DNA of 64,000 nucleotides from an uncultured virus (IMG/VR IMGVR_UViG_3300005826_000001). Lineage: Duplodnaviria > Heunggongvirae > Uroviricota > Caudoviricetes. The notes beneath the pieces are model-generated. The model saw nothing but the letters and a program-made list of their open reading frames with translations, ran no database searches and was not told the origin of the DNA. A program made the translations under genes and the position numbers. The stretch lies in the IMG/VR virus record IMGVR_UViG_3300005826_000001, positions 1 to 64,000 of that record; one strand, 5' to 3'. Position 1 is the first letter of the stretch. The number at the start of each line of letters is the position of its first letter. Below are positions 8,742 through 18,149 of this stretch, piece by piece.

Positions 8742-11700
8742 GTGTCAAAGGCTGAAGACTTTGTCCACTTGCACGTACACGCGGATATGAGCCAATTGGA
8801 CGGTTGCGGCAAGGTCGCCGACTATGTCAAGGCGACCAAGGAGCGCGGAGCGCCAGCCATCGCGATCACCGACCACGGCACGATGCGCGGATATTACCAG
8901 CAGCTGTTGGAGTGCCAGGAGCACGGCGTCAAGCCCATATACGGGATTGAATTCTATGTCGCGATGGACATGCATCGCAAGGGGATCACGCCTGAAGAGC
9001 GGGCGGAGATCACCCAGGGGATGAATCGCGCCGACGCCAAGAACGCCGTCAAGGGGTATGAGGAGCACTGGGGGATCCGGGACCGGTGGCACATCACCGT
9101 CTGGGCCAAGAACGCCGAAGGGCTCCGCAACTTGTATCGGCTGTCCACGATGGGCTGGACAGAGGGATTCTACTACAAGCCGCGCATCGACCTCAAGGCG
9201 CTGATGGAACACGGCGACGGATTGGCGGTTGCCACCGGTTGCTTGTCATCGCCGATCAACGACCGGGTTGCGACGGGCAAGAAGCGGATGGCATTGGCCG
9301 ACGCCGAGAAGCTGCGGGAGCGCTTCGGTGAAGACCTCTGGCTGGAGGTGCAACCGCACGCCATCGACGATCAACGGTTGGCCAACCAATTCGCATTGGA
9401 TCTCCGGGAGCGTTGGGGCAAGCACGCACGCCTGTTGGCGACGCAAGACGCCCACTATGTCGACCAGAAGGATGCCGACGCCCACGAGGTGATGCTCTGT
9501 ATCGGGACCGGGGACAGGATGTCCAACCCAGACAGGTTCCGCTTCGGCAACAATGAGTTTCACCTCCGGACTCGGGCGGAGATGAAGACAGCCTTCCAAG
9601 ATAACCATGAATTCATGTCTGACAAGGTCATCAAGGAGGCATTGGACAACACTCTGCTGTTCAATAGCATGATCGAGCCGAAGATCATCAACATCGACCG
9701 CTTCGCGTGCTTGATGCCGGCGCTTCGGCTCCCGAGTGAATATGGCGGATATGACGCCACAGATGCACAGCAGTATCAGTACCTGAAAGAGCTGTGCATC
9801 GGAGGTTGGAGCTGGCGGGATATCCCGAGCCGGGCAGCCGCCTATGCCCGCCGGATGAAGATGCCGCCGGCCCAAGCCGTCGCCATCTACCGGGACCGTC
9901 TGAAGATGGAATTGGGGGCGCTCAAGCGGCAGAGGTTCATCGGTTACTTCCTGCTGGTCCGAGACTTGTATGATTGGGTGCGACGCCAGAACATCGCCTG
10001 CGGGCCAGGGCGGGGCTCCGCCGCCGGTTCAATCGTCTCATTCCTGCTGGGCATCACCTCCGTGGACCCCATCGAGCACGGGTTGATCTTTGAGCGGTTC
10101 ATCTCACCCAGTCGTATCGACATGCCCGACATCGACATGGACTTTGAGGATGTGCGTCGCCAGGAGATCATCGACCACTTGCGTGAGAAGTATGGCGCCG
10201 ACAAGGTGTGTCAGATCGCGACAGTGGGTAAACTGTCAGGGAAGCAGTGCCTGAAGGATGTGTCCCGAGTCCTGGACGTGCCCTATGCCGAGGTGAACGC
10301 GGTCACCGCTTCGATCATCGAGCGGAGCAGCGGCGATGAGCGGGCCAGCCAGACCATTGAGGACAGCTTCGCTGAATTCAAGGTGTGTCAGGAATTCAAC
10401 GCGAAGTATCCAGACGTGCTCCGTCACGCCAAGCGGCTGGAGGGGATGGCCAAGACCCTCGGCATACACGCCGCCGGGGTGATTACATCACCGGTGCCGC
10501 TCACGGATCTGGTTCCATTGGAGATCCGGAAGCACGAGGGCAAGGATGTCGTGGTCAGCGCCATCGACATGTATGGCGTGGCGGCGATGGGGCTGCTTAA
10601 ACTCGATGTGCTCGGGCTCCGGACTCTGACCGTGTTGAACGACTGCGTGAAGGCGATCAAGGAGCGGCACGGGGTGGACATCGACTTGGAGAAGTTGGAC
10701 CTCAACGAGCCTGATGTGCTCCAGGGGTTCACAGACCATGACTATGTGGGGATCTTCCAATACGATTCCCCGGGCGCCGACAAGATTTGCTCAGGCGTTG
10801 AGTTCAACAACTTTGAAGACATCGCTGCGATGACAGCGCTGAATCGACCGGGCACCGCACGCTCGGGCTTGGCCACCCAGTACGTGGCGCGCAAAAAGGA
10901 CCCGAAGCTGATCAAGAAGTCAGCCTTTGGCCACCCGTTGGTAGATGAGATCACCAAGGACACCCTCGGGATCATCGTGTACCAGGAGCATGTGCTGAAG
11001 ATTTTCACACAGGTCGCCGGGTTCCCTCCGGCCACCGCTGACTCACTCAGGAAAAAGATCGCAAAGAAGTGGGGCGACGAGACTATTGGCAAGGAGCGTC
11101 AAAATTTCATCGAGGGCGCGAAGGCAACTTGCGGTATGGACGCCAAGACCGCTGGGCGGGTGATGGACGCGATAACTTTTTTTGGTTGTTTGCCCTCTTG
11201 TTCTTGCGTTGTCGTTTCGTTAGAAGCTAAACGAAACGACAACGGGAGTCAAGAGGATGCCGAAAGCCAAGCCAATAGGGAGCCGCCGACGCGACGGCAA
11301 ATACATGGATGTGAAGACAAAGAGGGGATGGGTGAGAGAGCATCGATGGCTCATGGAGCAGAAGATAGGCCGGCGGTTGACAAATCGGGAGCAAGTGATC
11401 CACAAGGACGGCGATCCGATGAACAACGACATCGACAATTTAGAGTTGACAACGGAGCGCGGCGCGCCAACTTGCAAGAAGAAAATTGGCGACAAGGGGA
11501 AGCAGAATGGTTACTTGACGATCAAGACGGAGAATGGCTGGGAGCTGGAGCACAGAGTGGCCATGGAAAAGATGATTGGTCGGAAGCTGTTGTCCAGAGA
11601 GATGGTGCATCATATCGACGGCGACACGACGAACAACACTCTGGACAATCTGGAGATAACAGCACGAGGGCCGCACACATCCTATCATCTGAAGGGCTCA

Positions 11701-13613
11701 AAACGGCAAGAGCCGATATGCATTTATTTGGGGTGCGGCAGAGTCACATACAGCAAGAACATGTGTTCGATGCATTATTCTCGGAGTTACAGGCTGAAAC
11801 GAAAGCAATCAGCGACTTGAAGCCAGGCGATTCAATCGTGTCCTTGGATTCCGAGGGGCGGCCAACCGAAAACAGAGTCAAGACGGTTGCTAGGACGGGC
11901 GTGCGTCGGCAATTCGACATCAAGCTCACAGGCGGCCAGACTCTTGCTTGCTCTCCAGATCATTGGTGGAATACCGACAAAGGGTGGATGAAAGCCAATG
12001 ATCTGTATCCGGGCGTGAGGATGTTGGCGTTGGGAAGCTCCGCCGTTGTGGTTGAAGTCCGAGATATCGGCGTGGAGTCGATGTGGGACATCGAGTGTGA
12101 GCACGGTGGTGAATTAGCCAACTATTTGGTCTGTTCCAAAGGTGCAAATCCTCAATATTTTCAATCACACAACAGCTATGGATTCAACCGCTCTCACGCT
12201 GTATGTTATGCAGTTATCGCCTATTGGGGGATGTGGCTCAAGCGGAAGTATCCGCTTGAATTCTACTGGGCGCTGCTCAAGAACGAGCCGCAGCGGCTCC
12301 GCATCCAGCAGATCGCAAAGGATGTCAAGCGCCACGACATCGAGCTGCTGCCACCCTCTGTGTCGATGTCCAAGAAGCAGTTTGCAATTGACTCGGGACG
12401 CAGGGCCATCCGGGGGAGTTTGGTTGACATCAAGGGTGTTGGTGAAGCGGCGGCGACAACGATCATGGAGAATCAACCTTACAAGGGGCTGTTTGACTTC
12501 CTTGCCCGCGTGGACCGGCGCAAGTGTCACAAGGGCGTGGTCTTGGCGCTGGCCCGCGCGGGAGCGCTCGATGAGATGTTGCCCAATATCAAGCAGTTCA
12601 TCGAGGGCATTGAAGACTTCTGGAAGGTGTACAACAAGAAGGACAAGGAGGGGCTTCGGGAGCTTCTGAAGCAATGGGCGGCGGAGCCCGACTATGCCGA
12701 TGAAGAGCGGCAGTTGATCGCGTCCCAGGTCAACCCTCTGGCCTTTGGGAAGCATCCAGTTGATGCATACGGGGACTTCATCTCCAAGAACATCAAGGTT
12801 CCAATCGCCGCCATGAGCGATGAAGACTTTTGGGTGAACAACGACGGAGCCGGAGTGTTCATCGTCGGCGTTGTTGTGGAGGTGAAGTACAACCAGGTGG
12901 GGGACTTTCACACAGGGGAGCTTCCGTCTGCTGAAGAGCGGCGGGACATGTTCTGGGGAGCGAGGTATGCGAATGTCAACGTGGAGGATGTCGGCGGGAA
13001 GCAGAACCGGATCAAGGTTGACTTTGACATCTTTGATGACTTCCGTGAGGTGGTTGACGCGGGCGTTGGGACCCCGGTGGTGGTTCACGCGTCGGCCAAT
13101 GCGCGGTATGAGAATTTGCGCGCCCATTTCCTATTGGATCTGGAAGTGTACCGCAAGAAGGTGAACGAGGGGGCACCGCTGACTGTCTGGGAGCGCATCA
13201 TAGCAGGCCAGCACCCGTCGGTGTCCTACCCTTGGGCCGACAAGCAGATCAAATACAAGGGCGCGGAGGGCGAAGTGGTCACGACGCTTCGCGCCAGCGC
13301 GATCACCAATCAGCTCTTTGAACTCGGGTTGAGCAGTTGGTTCACCGGGGTCATTACCCATGTGCGGTTGAAGTACGACAAGAACAGCAATGAAATGGCC
13401 TTTTTTGGCATCATCGACGGGATTGGCAACTACATCGATGTGATCTGCTTTGCGTCGGCATGGGACGCGAGTGCCAAGAAGCACATCAAGGCGGGCAATC
13501 ATCTCCGAATTCAGCTAGATCGCAAGAAAGACAGGAAAAGTTGGCAATATTTCTTGAACAACGGTGCGATCAAGCTCCTGAAAAAGTCAGCCAAACATGC
13601 GCGGGCTGCATAA
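8742..13613 (+). CDS. dnaE: DNA polymerase III alpha subunit (DnaE-type), intein-containing
   Basis: PHP motifs HLHVH/TDHG, GPGRGSAAGS, FERF, PDIDMDF, HAAG, KLDVLGL, YQE, FNRSH, IKGVG HhH and C-terminal OB fold. Confidence 0.95.
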   Translation: MSKAEDFVHLHVHADMSQLDGCGKVADYVKATKERGAPAIAITDHGTMRGYYQQLLECQEHGVKPIYGIEFYVAMDMHRKGITPEERAEITQGMNRADAKNAVKGYEEHWGIRDRWHITVWAKNAEGLRNLYRLSTMGWTEGFYYKPRIDLKALMEHGDGLAVATGCLSSPINDRVATGKKRMALADAEKLRERFGEDLWLEVQPHAIDDQRLANQFALDLRERWGKHARLLATQDAHYVDQKDADAHEVMLCIGTGDRMSNPDRFRFGNNEFHLRTRAEMKTAFQDNHEFMSDKVIKEALDNTLLFNSMIEPKIINIDRFACLMPALRLPSEYGGYDATDAQQYQYLKELCIGGWSWRDIPSRAAAYARRMKMPPAQAVAIYRDRLKMELGALKRQRFIGYFLLVRDLYDWVRRQNIACGPGRGSAAGSIVSFLLGITSVDPIEHGLIFERFISPSRIDMPDIDMDFEDVRRQEIIDHLREKYGADKVCQIATVGKLSGKQCLKDVSRVLDVPYAEVNAVTASIIERSSGDERASQTIEDSFAEFKVCQEFNAKYPDVLRHAKRLEGMAKTLGIHAAGVITSPVPLTDLVPLEIRKHEGKDVVVSAIDMYGVAAMGLLKLDVLGLRTLTVLNDCVKAIKERHGVDIDLEKLDLNEPDVLQGFTDHDYVGIFQYDSPGADKICSGVEFNNFEDIAAMTALNRPGTARSGLATQYVARKKDPKLIKKSAFGHPLVDEITKDTLGIIVYQEHVLKIFTQVAGFPPATADSLRKKIAKKWGDETIGKERQNFIEGAKATCGMDAKTAGRVMDAITFFGCLPSCSCVVVSLEAKRNDNGSQEDAESQANREPPTRRQIHGCEDKEGMGERASMAHGAEDRPAVDKSGASDPQGRRSDEQRHRQFRVDNGARRANLQEENWRQGEAEWLLDDQDGEWLGAGAQSGHGKDDWSEAVVQRDGASYRRRHDEQHSGQSGDNSTRAAHILSSEGLKTARADMHLFGVRQSHIQQEHVFDALFSELQAETKAISDLKPGDSIVSLDSEGRPTENRVKTVARTGVRRQFDIKLTGGQTLACSPDHWWNTDKGWMKANDLYPGVRMLALGSSAVVVEVRDIGVESMWDIECEHGGELANYLVCSKGANPQYFQSHNSYGFNRSHAVCYAVIAYWGMWLKRKYPLEFYWALLKNEPQRLRIQQIAKDVKRHDIELLPPSVSMSKKQFAIDSGRRAIRGSLVDIKGVGEAAATTIMENQPYKGLFDFLARVDRRKCHKGVVLALARAGALDEMLPNIKQFIEGIEDFWKVYNKKDKEGLRELLKQWAAEPDYADEERQLIASQVNPLAFGKHPVDAYGDFISKNIKVPIAAMSDEDFWVNNDGAGVFIVGVVVEVKYNQVGDFHTGELPSAEERRDMFWGARYANVNVEDVGGKQNRIKVDFDIFDDFREVVDAGVGTPVVVHASANARYENLRAHFLLDLEVYRKKVNEGAPLTVWERIIAGQHPSVSYPWADKQIKYKGAEGEVVTTLRASAITNQLFELGLSSWFTGVITHVRLKYDKNSNEMAFFGIIDGIGNYIDVICFASAWDASAKKHIKAGNHLRIQLDRKKDRKSWQYFLNNGAIKLLKKSAKHARAA
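11207..11244 (+). promoter_or_regulatory. Perfect 15-bp stem hairpin adjoining the RBS of the nested HNH gene
   Basis: CGTTGTCGTTTCGTT (11207-11221) is the exact reverse complement of AACGAAACGACAACG (11230-11244), followed by GGGAG...AGAGG ATG. Confidence 0.65.
11257..11820 (+). CDS. Tandem HNH homing endonuclease overprinted in the +1 frame of the intein
   Basis: Two EHRxxME..IGR.L...E.V(I/H)H.DGD..NN..DNLE repeats and a C-terminal CxxxxC...C..HY; has its own RBS and ATG. Confidence 0.85.
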   Translation: MPKAKPIGSRRRDGKYMDVKTKRGWVREHRWLMEQKIGRRLTNREQVIHKDGDPMNNDIDNLELTTERGAPTCKKKIGDKGKQNGYLTIKTENGWELEHRVAMEKMIGRKLLSREMVHHIDGDTTNNTLDNLEITARGPHTSYHLKGSKRQEPICIYLGCGRVTYSKNMCSMHYSRSYRLKRKQSAT

Positions 13614-13643
13614 GACAGGAAAGACACAAACAGGAGGTGAATC

Positions 13644-14147
13644 ATGTCAGACGATACAAAGGTCATTTTGGGCGTGTCGGATATCGCCAAGGCGGTTGGC
13701 GTCCACAAGGATCAAATTCAAAAGACGTTCGAAGTCATGTTGGAGTTGCTGACCAAGAGCACTGAATTGCGAGTCCACAAGTTTGGGACGTTCAAGCGCA
13801 AGCTCATGAAGGGCCGCACGATCACGTCGCCAGTCCTGGAGGGTGGCTCTATCACCTACGGTGACAAGTGGGTGCTCAATTTCTCCGCACACGCGAGTGC
13901 CAAGCAGTGGCTGAATGCCAAGCTACCGATTGAAGCACCCGAGAAGCCAAAGGCCAAGAAGTCTGGAACCAAGAAACCAAAGGGCAAGAAGCCCAATAAG
14001 ACTGAGCCGGCGGAGGTGAAGTCCGAGGTACAACCCAAGTCCGAGCCTGCAAAGGCAGCCAAGGAAGTCAGCAAGGCAGCCAAAGCGGCGCCAAAGGCGA
14101 AGGGTGGCCCGCGCAAAGCGTCTGGCGGTGTCAAGAAAGCGAGCTGA
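13644..14147 (+). CDS. HU/IHF-like DNA-binding protein with Lys/Ala/Pro-rich tail
   Basis: LRVHKFGTF...GR...P...F arm motif; strong AGGAGG RBS. Confidence 0.75.
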   Translation: MSDDTKVILGVSDIAKAVGVHKDQIQKTFEVMLELLTKSTELRVHKFGTFKRKLMKGRTITSPVLEGGSITYGDKWVLNFSAHASAKQWLNAKLPIEAPEKPKAKKSGTKKPKGKKPNKTEPAEVKSEVQPKSEPAKAAKEVSKAAKAAPKAKGGPRKASGGVKKAS

Positions 14148-14148
14148 G

Positions 14149-14661
14149 ATGAGCTTCGGTGAAGTCAATATCGAGGTGGACGGCCAATCGGTCGCCATCA
14201 ATGTGGATGTCGAGTTGCAGGTGGGCGACCTGAGCAAAGACATGGATCAGGTCGCCGCCAAAATGGCATACTGGGGAGCCGTTTGGGCGGCAGCCGAAGC
14301 GGAGATGAAGTCTGCTGACGCGTGGTATCGGGCTTGGCGGGCCAAGACCGGCGCTGCCATGATCGAAGCGGACGGCAAGATGTCGGAGTGGAAGGTGCGG
14401 CAGGCTCTTGAAGCGGACCCTCGCTTCATGACGATCAAAAAGAGCTTGGCCGCCGCCACCCGCAACGTCACACTCACCCGCGCCATCTATGAGGCATTCA
14501 GGACCAAAGCCAATATGCTCCAATCCAAAGGCGCGATGGCCCGAGCGGAGCTGGAGGCCACAGGCATGTCTACACGCCCCAGGGCAGCCAAGAATCCTGA
14601 TATGGCGCACGCGGAATCAGCGATGCGTGCAATCAACCAGAAAAGAAAAGCCCGGGCATAG
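14149..14661 (+). CDS. Helical protein, possibly a UvsY-like recombination mediator
   Basis: All-helical ~170 aa protein next to SSB and RecA; function inferred from position only. Confidence 0.4.
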   Translation: MSFGEVNIEVDGQSVAINVDVELQVGDLSKDMDQVAAKMAYWGAVWAAAEAEMKSADAWYRAWRAKTGAAMIEADGKMSEWKVRQALEADPRFMTIKKSLAAATRNVTLTRAIYEAFRTKANMLQSKGAMARAELEATGMSTRPRAAKNPDMAHAESAMRAINQKRKARA

Positions 14662-14710
14662 CGCTGCGGGACGATTGAATACATCAGCACCAGTTCAAGG
14701 AGAGTGAGTG

Positions 14711-15904
14711 ATGGCCGTTGATATGGGGCGTATGCGCAAGGGCTATGAGGCGCAGCAGCGCGGCGGGGACTTCTGGGCTCCGCCCGAGGGGGACACTTTG
14801 GTGTACATCCATCCTCCCTGTAGGGATGACGATGAGCACCCGCCCACAGCCGGGCTCAACTATGTGCCCGTCACCGTCCACTTCGGGGTGGGCAAGAACA
14901 ACGGGATGGTGGTATCATTGGACACCGACGCCAACCCGGTGATCAAGCATCCATTTGTCAAGGCATTTTTGCGCAAGAAAAAGGGCTTCAAGCTCCCGTC
15001 GGAGTGTCCGATGGCTGAAGCACTTCGGACGGGTCAATTGAGCGATGAAGAGGCAGACAACGCTCGTCCACAGTCTCGTTTTCTGTGGGGCGTCACGCCG
15101 TTGAAGCATCGTCGCGCCAAGTCGGAGCCGTGGCAGAAATTGCCGGAGAAACCAGCCGTGCTCATGTGCGGCAAGACGGTGTATGAGGGGTTGATGGAGC
15201 TGTTCTTTGACAACGGCGACATCACTGATCCAGACGCCGCGATATTGGCCAGAATCAGCCGCGAAGGGCGCGGAAAGAATGACACCAAATACAAGGTCCA
15301 GGCTGACACCGAAAGCCTCAAGAAGCCTGTGAAGTTGTCCAAGGAGCTGCGCAAGAAGATCCTGAAGGCGATGGCTGAGAATGGCGATTGCGACCTGTTT
15401 AAGCTGGTCGCCAACATGGTCAAGACTCCACAGGATATCCAGGCGATGATCTCTGGCGTGAAGCTAGATGACGCCGACGATGATGCCTTTGGTGACGACG
15501 ACGATGAGAACGGCGACGACGATGAGAACGACGACGCCGACGATGACGACGATGAGAACGACGCCGACGATGACGACGACGCCGACGATGACGACGCCGA
15601 CGATGACGACGCCGACGACGCCGACGATGACGACGCCGACGACGATGAAGGTGACGACGCCGACGACGACGCCGACGATGAAGGCGACGATGAAGGCGAC
15701 GATGATGATGAGCCGGAGCCCGAGCCTGTGAAGCCGCCGAAGCAGGGCAAGAAAGTTGTGGTGTCCAAGACCAAGAAACAGGACGATGACGACTTGGGGC
15801 TGGACGCGCTGGATGCCGAGTTGGATCGGATCTCCGGCGGCAAAGGCAAGGACAAGGCCAAAACTAAGGCCAAGGGCGGCAAGAAGGGCGGCAAGAAGGG
15901 CTGA
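14711..15904 (+). CDS. Single-stranded DNA-binding protein (T4 gp32-like) with a very long acidic tract
   Basis: FW.P..G...V.I.PP, CP, DITDP, I.REG.G..DTKY pattern; Asp-rich tract; located before recA. Confidence 0.65.
   Translation: MAVDMGRMRKGYEAQQRGGDFWAPPEGDTLVYIHPPCRDDDEHPPTAGLNYVPVTVHFGVGKNNGMVVSLDTDANPVIKHPFVKAFLRKKKGFKLPSECPMAEALRTGQLSDEEADNARPQSRFLWGVTPLKHRRAKSEPWQKLPEKPAVLMCGKTVYEGLMELFFDNGDITDPDAAILARISREGRGKNDTKYKVQADTESLKKPVKLSKELRKKILKAMAENGDCDLFKLVANMVKTPQDIQAMISGVKLDDADDDAFGDDDDENGDDDENDDADDDDDENDADDDDDADDDDADDDDADDADDDDADDDEGDDADDDADDEGDDEGDDDDEPEPEPVKPPKQGKKVVVSKTKKQDDDDLGLDALDAELDRISGGKGKDKAKTKAKGGKKGGKKG
15470..15710 (+). repeat. Low-complexity GACGAC/GACGAT/GACGCC coding repeat
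   Basis: Encodes about 80 residues of D/E/A within the SSB gene. Confidence 0.8.
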
Positions 15905-17001
15905 TGCCAAAGAAGACTGCCACCAAGAAGCAGGTGGCGGTGGCGACTCCAGAAGCACCCGGCGGCGAAGCGGCCATCAAGCTAGACTTCGCCACCGGGG
16001 TGCTGGATAGCATACGCTCCAAGCTGGGCGACGATAGCGCCATGTTGCTCGGGAGCGATGGGCTAGCCATCAAGATCCGGGGCGTCATCTCCACACAGTG
16101 CGCGACCATCGACGCGGCCATTGGACGCGGCGGCATCCCACGCTCCCGTCTCACGCTGCTCCACGGCATGGAGGGCTCCGGCAAGACCACGCTTGCGCTG
16201 CACATCGTCGCTGAGACGCAGCGGCTCGGAGGGGTGGCAGTCTACATCGACAAAGAGTACAAGCTGGACCCTGACTACGCTCGGGCCATCGGGGTGAACA
16301 TTGATCAATTGGTGCTAGCCCAGCCGCCGCACTTGGAGTCGGTGTTTGCGACGTGTGAAGGGGTCATCGAGCGAGCGGCGGAGCTGCGCAAGGGCGGGGA
16401 ACGCATCCCAATCCTCATCGTGTTGGACTCGATGAACGCGGCCATCACCAAGGCGCAGTATGAGGGCGAGTGGGAGGACAAGCACATGGCGCCGCAGGCA
16501 CGAGTCTACTCGGAGCTGTTACCGAAGCTCATGCCCAAGGTGTCCAAAGAAGATGTGGCCCTTCTGTGGATCAGCCAGGTGCGAAAGAAGATGGTGATGT
16601 TTGGCAATGACACCGAGACTGCCGGCGGCAACGCGCCCAAATTCTATGCGAGCCTACTCCTGGATGTCCGGCGTGTGGCGACCAACAAGGACTCCGACGG
16701 CGAGAAGGTGGCCAATAAACTTGTGGTTGAATGCAAGAAGAATCAGATTGCGCCGCCGTTTCGCAAGGCGGAAGTGCTGATTGACTATGGTCACGGGATC
16801 AACCAGGAGCAAGCTCTGGTCGCCCAGGGCGTGGCCGACGGGATCATCAAAAAGGCGGGCAACGCCTATGAATACAAGGGCGAGAAATTGGGCGGCCAGG
16901 GGCTCCCTGCCGCCGCCAAGGCGCTGAAAAAGGACACCGAGAAGCGGGATGCCATACACAAGGAGCTGTACAAGCGATGGCAAAGCGGGACAGCTCCTTG
17001 A
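15904..17001 (+). CDS. recA: RecA/UvsX recombinase
   Basis: Walker A GMEGSGKTT, IVLDS, AxQAR, SQVR and TAGGNAPKFYAS, KN.IAPPF. Confidence 0.95.
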   Translation: MPKKTATKKQVAVATPEAPGGEAAIKLDFATGVLDSIRSKLGDDSAMLLGSDGLAIKIRGVISTQCATIDAAIGRGGIPRSRLTLLHGMEGSGKTTLALHIVAETQRLGGVAVYIDKEYKLDPDYARAIGVNIDQLVLAQPPHLESVFATCEGVIERAAELRKGGERIPILIVLDSMNAAITKAQYEGEWEDKHMAPQARVYSELLPKLMPKVSKEDVALLWISQVRKKMVMFGNDTETAGGNAPKFYASLLLDVRRVATNKDSDGEKVANKLVVECKKNQIAPPFRKAEVLIDYGHGINQEQALVAQGVADGIIKKAGNAYEYKGEKLGGQGLPAAAKALKKDTEKRDAIHKELYKRWQSGTAP

Positions 17002-18149
17002 GCCCATCCGTGTTCAGGGCGTTGATGGTCGCAGACATCCATATGTCCAACCGGCTGCCCTACGCCAAGCCCACTCAGAACGGGATGACCGACAGGCTGG
17101 AGGACCAGCTGCGCCTTTGGGACGAGATGAAGCGTTGCGCCGACGCCTCCAATGTGGACGCGGTGTTTGTCCTTGGGGACTTATTCGACAAGGCTCTGAT
17201 CGACGCCGTGACGCTGACCCACACGGTGGAAGCGGTCACCGCGTTGGATCAGCCAGTGTACATCCTGCCGGGGAACCACGACGCCAACAGCGTCCGAGGT
17301 GGACGCTTCACGGTGGAGGCATTTGGCCGGATGCGCCGGGACAACATCCGGGTGTTCAAGACCGGGGAACCATTCGAGTTTGACACGTGGCTTCGCTTCT
17401 GGCCTGTGGAGTACATGCCGGTGGAGGACACTCGGGAGCGGTTGGCGGAGATCCGAGCCCGACTGGACCCCGATCAGCATAACGTGCTGCTCATGCACAA
17501 CTCCATCCTCGGGTGCACCCATCTCCAGTGGACCTGTGACGACGGGTTGGAAGCTGATGAGGTGACGGAGGGCTTCGATCAGGTGTACTCCGGGCACTTT
17601 CACGACCGCCAGCGCTTCGGCGCCGACGCCCAAGGGCTGTATCTCGGCGCGCCAATGCATCACCACTACGGGGATGTGGGCCGCGAAGCGGGCTATTGGT
17701 TGATCGAGTTCAACCAGGGCGGAGCAGAGGGCCAGTACATCGAGCCCAAGATGCCCCGCTTCTACAAGGCGACGGGGATGGGCAACAAGTTTGAGCCTGC
17801 CACTGTAGCTGGATACGTCAAGTCCAACAAGATTGAAGCTGGTGATTATCTGCGTCTTGAGGTTGCGTGTACCAACGCTGATTGGGCGACGTTGAAGCCC
17901 AAGGTCAAGGCGATTTGCGACGCTCTTCAATCGACAGGGATCAAGGCATCGGCGAAGCACAAGCCGATCTATCACCACAAGGTCCGATTGGAAGGGGACA
18001 CGGACAGCAAGCAGATGGCGACGGCGCCGACGCTGGACGCCGCCATCGCACGATACGTGGACGCTGCCGGGGTGGTGACTGGGGACCTCGATGTTGGGGA
18101 GCTGAAGCGCATCGGGCGTGAGACTCTGGCCGCTGCAAGGGGTGGATGA
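16977..18149 (+). CDS. SbcD/Mre11-like metallophosphoesterase nuclease
   Basis: ADIH, GDLFD, GNHD and GHFH motifs. Confidence 0.9.
   Translation: MAKRDSSLSPSVFRALMVADIHMSNRLPYAKPTQNGMTDRLEDQLRLWDEMKRCADASNVDAVFVLGDLFDKALIDAVTLTHTVEAVTALDQPVYILPGNHDANSVRGGRFTVEAFGRMRRDNIRVFKTGEPFEFDTWLRFWPVEYMPVEDTRERLAEIRARLDPDQHNVLLMHNSILGCTHLQWTCDDGLEADEVTEGFDQVYSGHFHDRQRFGADAQGLYLGAPMHHHYGDVGREAGYWLIEFNQGGAEGQYIEPKMPRFYKATGMGNKFEPATVAGYVKSNKIEAGDYLRLEVACTNADWATLKPKVKAICDALQSTGIKASAKHKPIYHHKVRLEGDTDSKQMATAPTLDAAIARYVDAAGVVTGDLDVGELKRIGRETLAAARGG

Larger units (their letters stand above)
11187..12173 (+). mobile_element. Intein in DnaE (329 aa) with a large insertion
   Basis: Extein FFG|CLPS...; Hint blocks ISDLKPGD, CSPDH and MWDIEC; ends SHN|S. 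Removing it restores FGSYGFNRSH. Confidence 0.9.

Noticed and set aside
11177..11223. T7 run (T TTT TTT) before the intein as a frameshift site fusing DnaE to the HNH frame
   Set aside because: The HNH frame has a TAG at 11221 before its ATG, and the hairpin is about 23 nt away, too far for a classical stimulator.
11220..11820. Group I intron explanation for the HNH insertion
   Set aside because: There is no room or recognisable core for a ribozyme outside the ORF, and the DnaE frame is already open.
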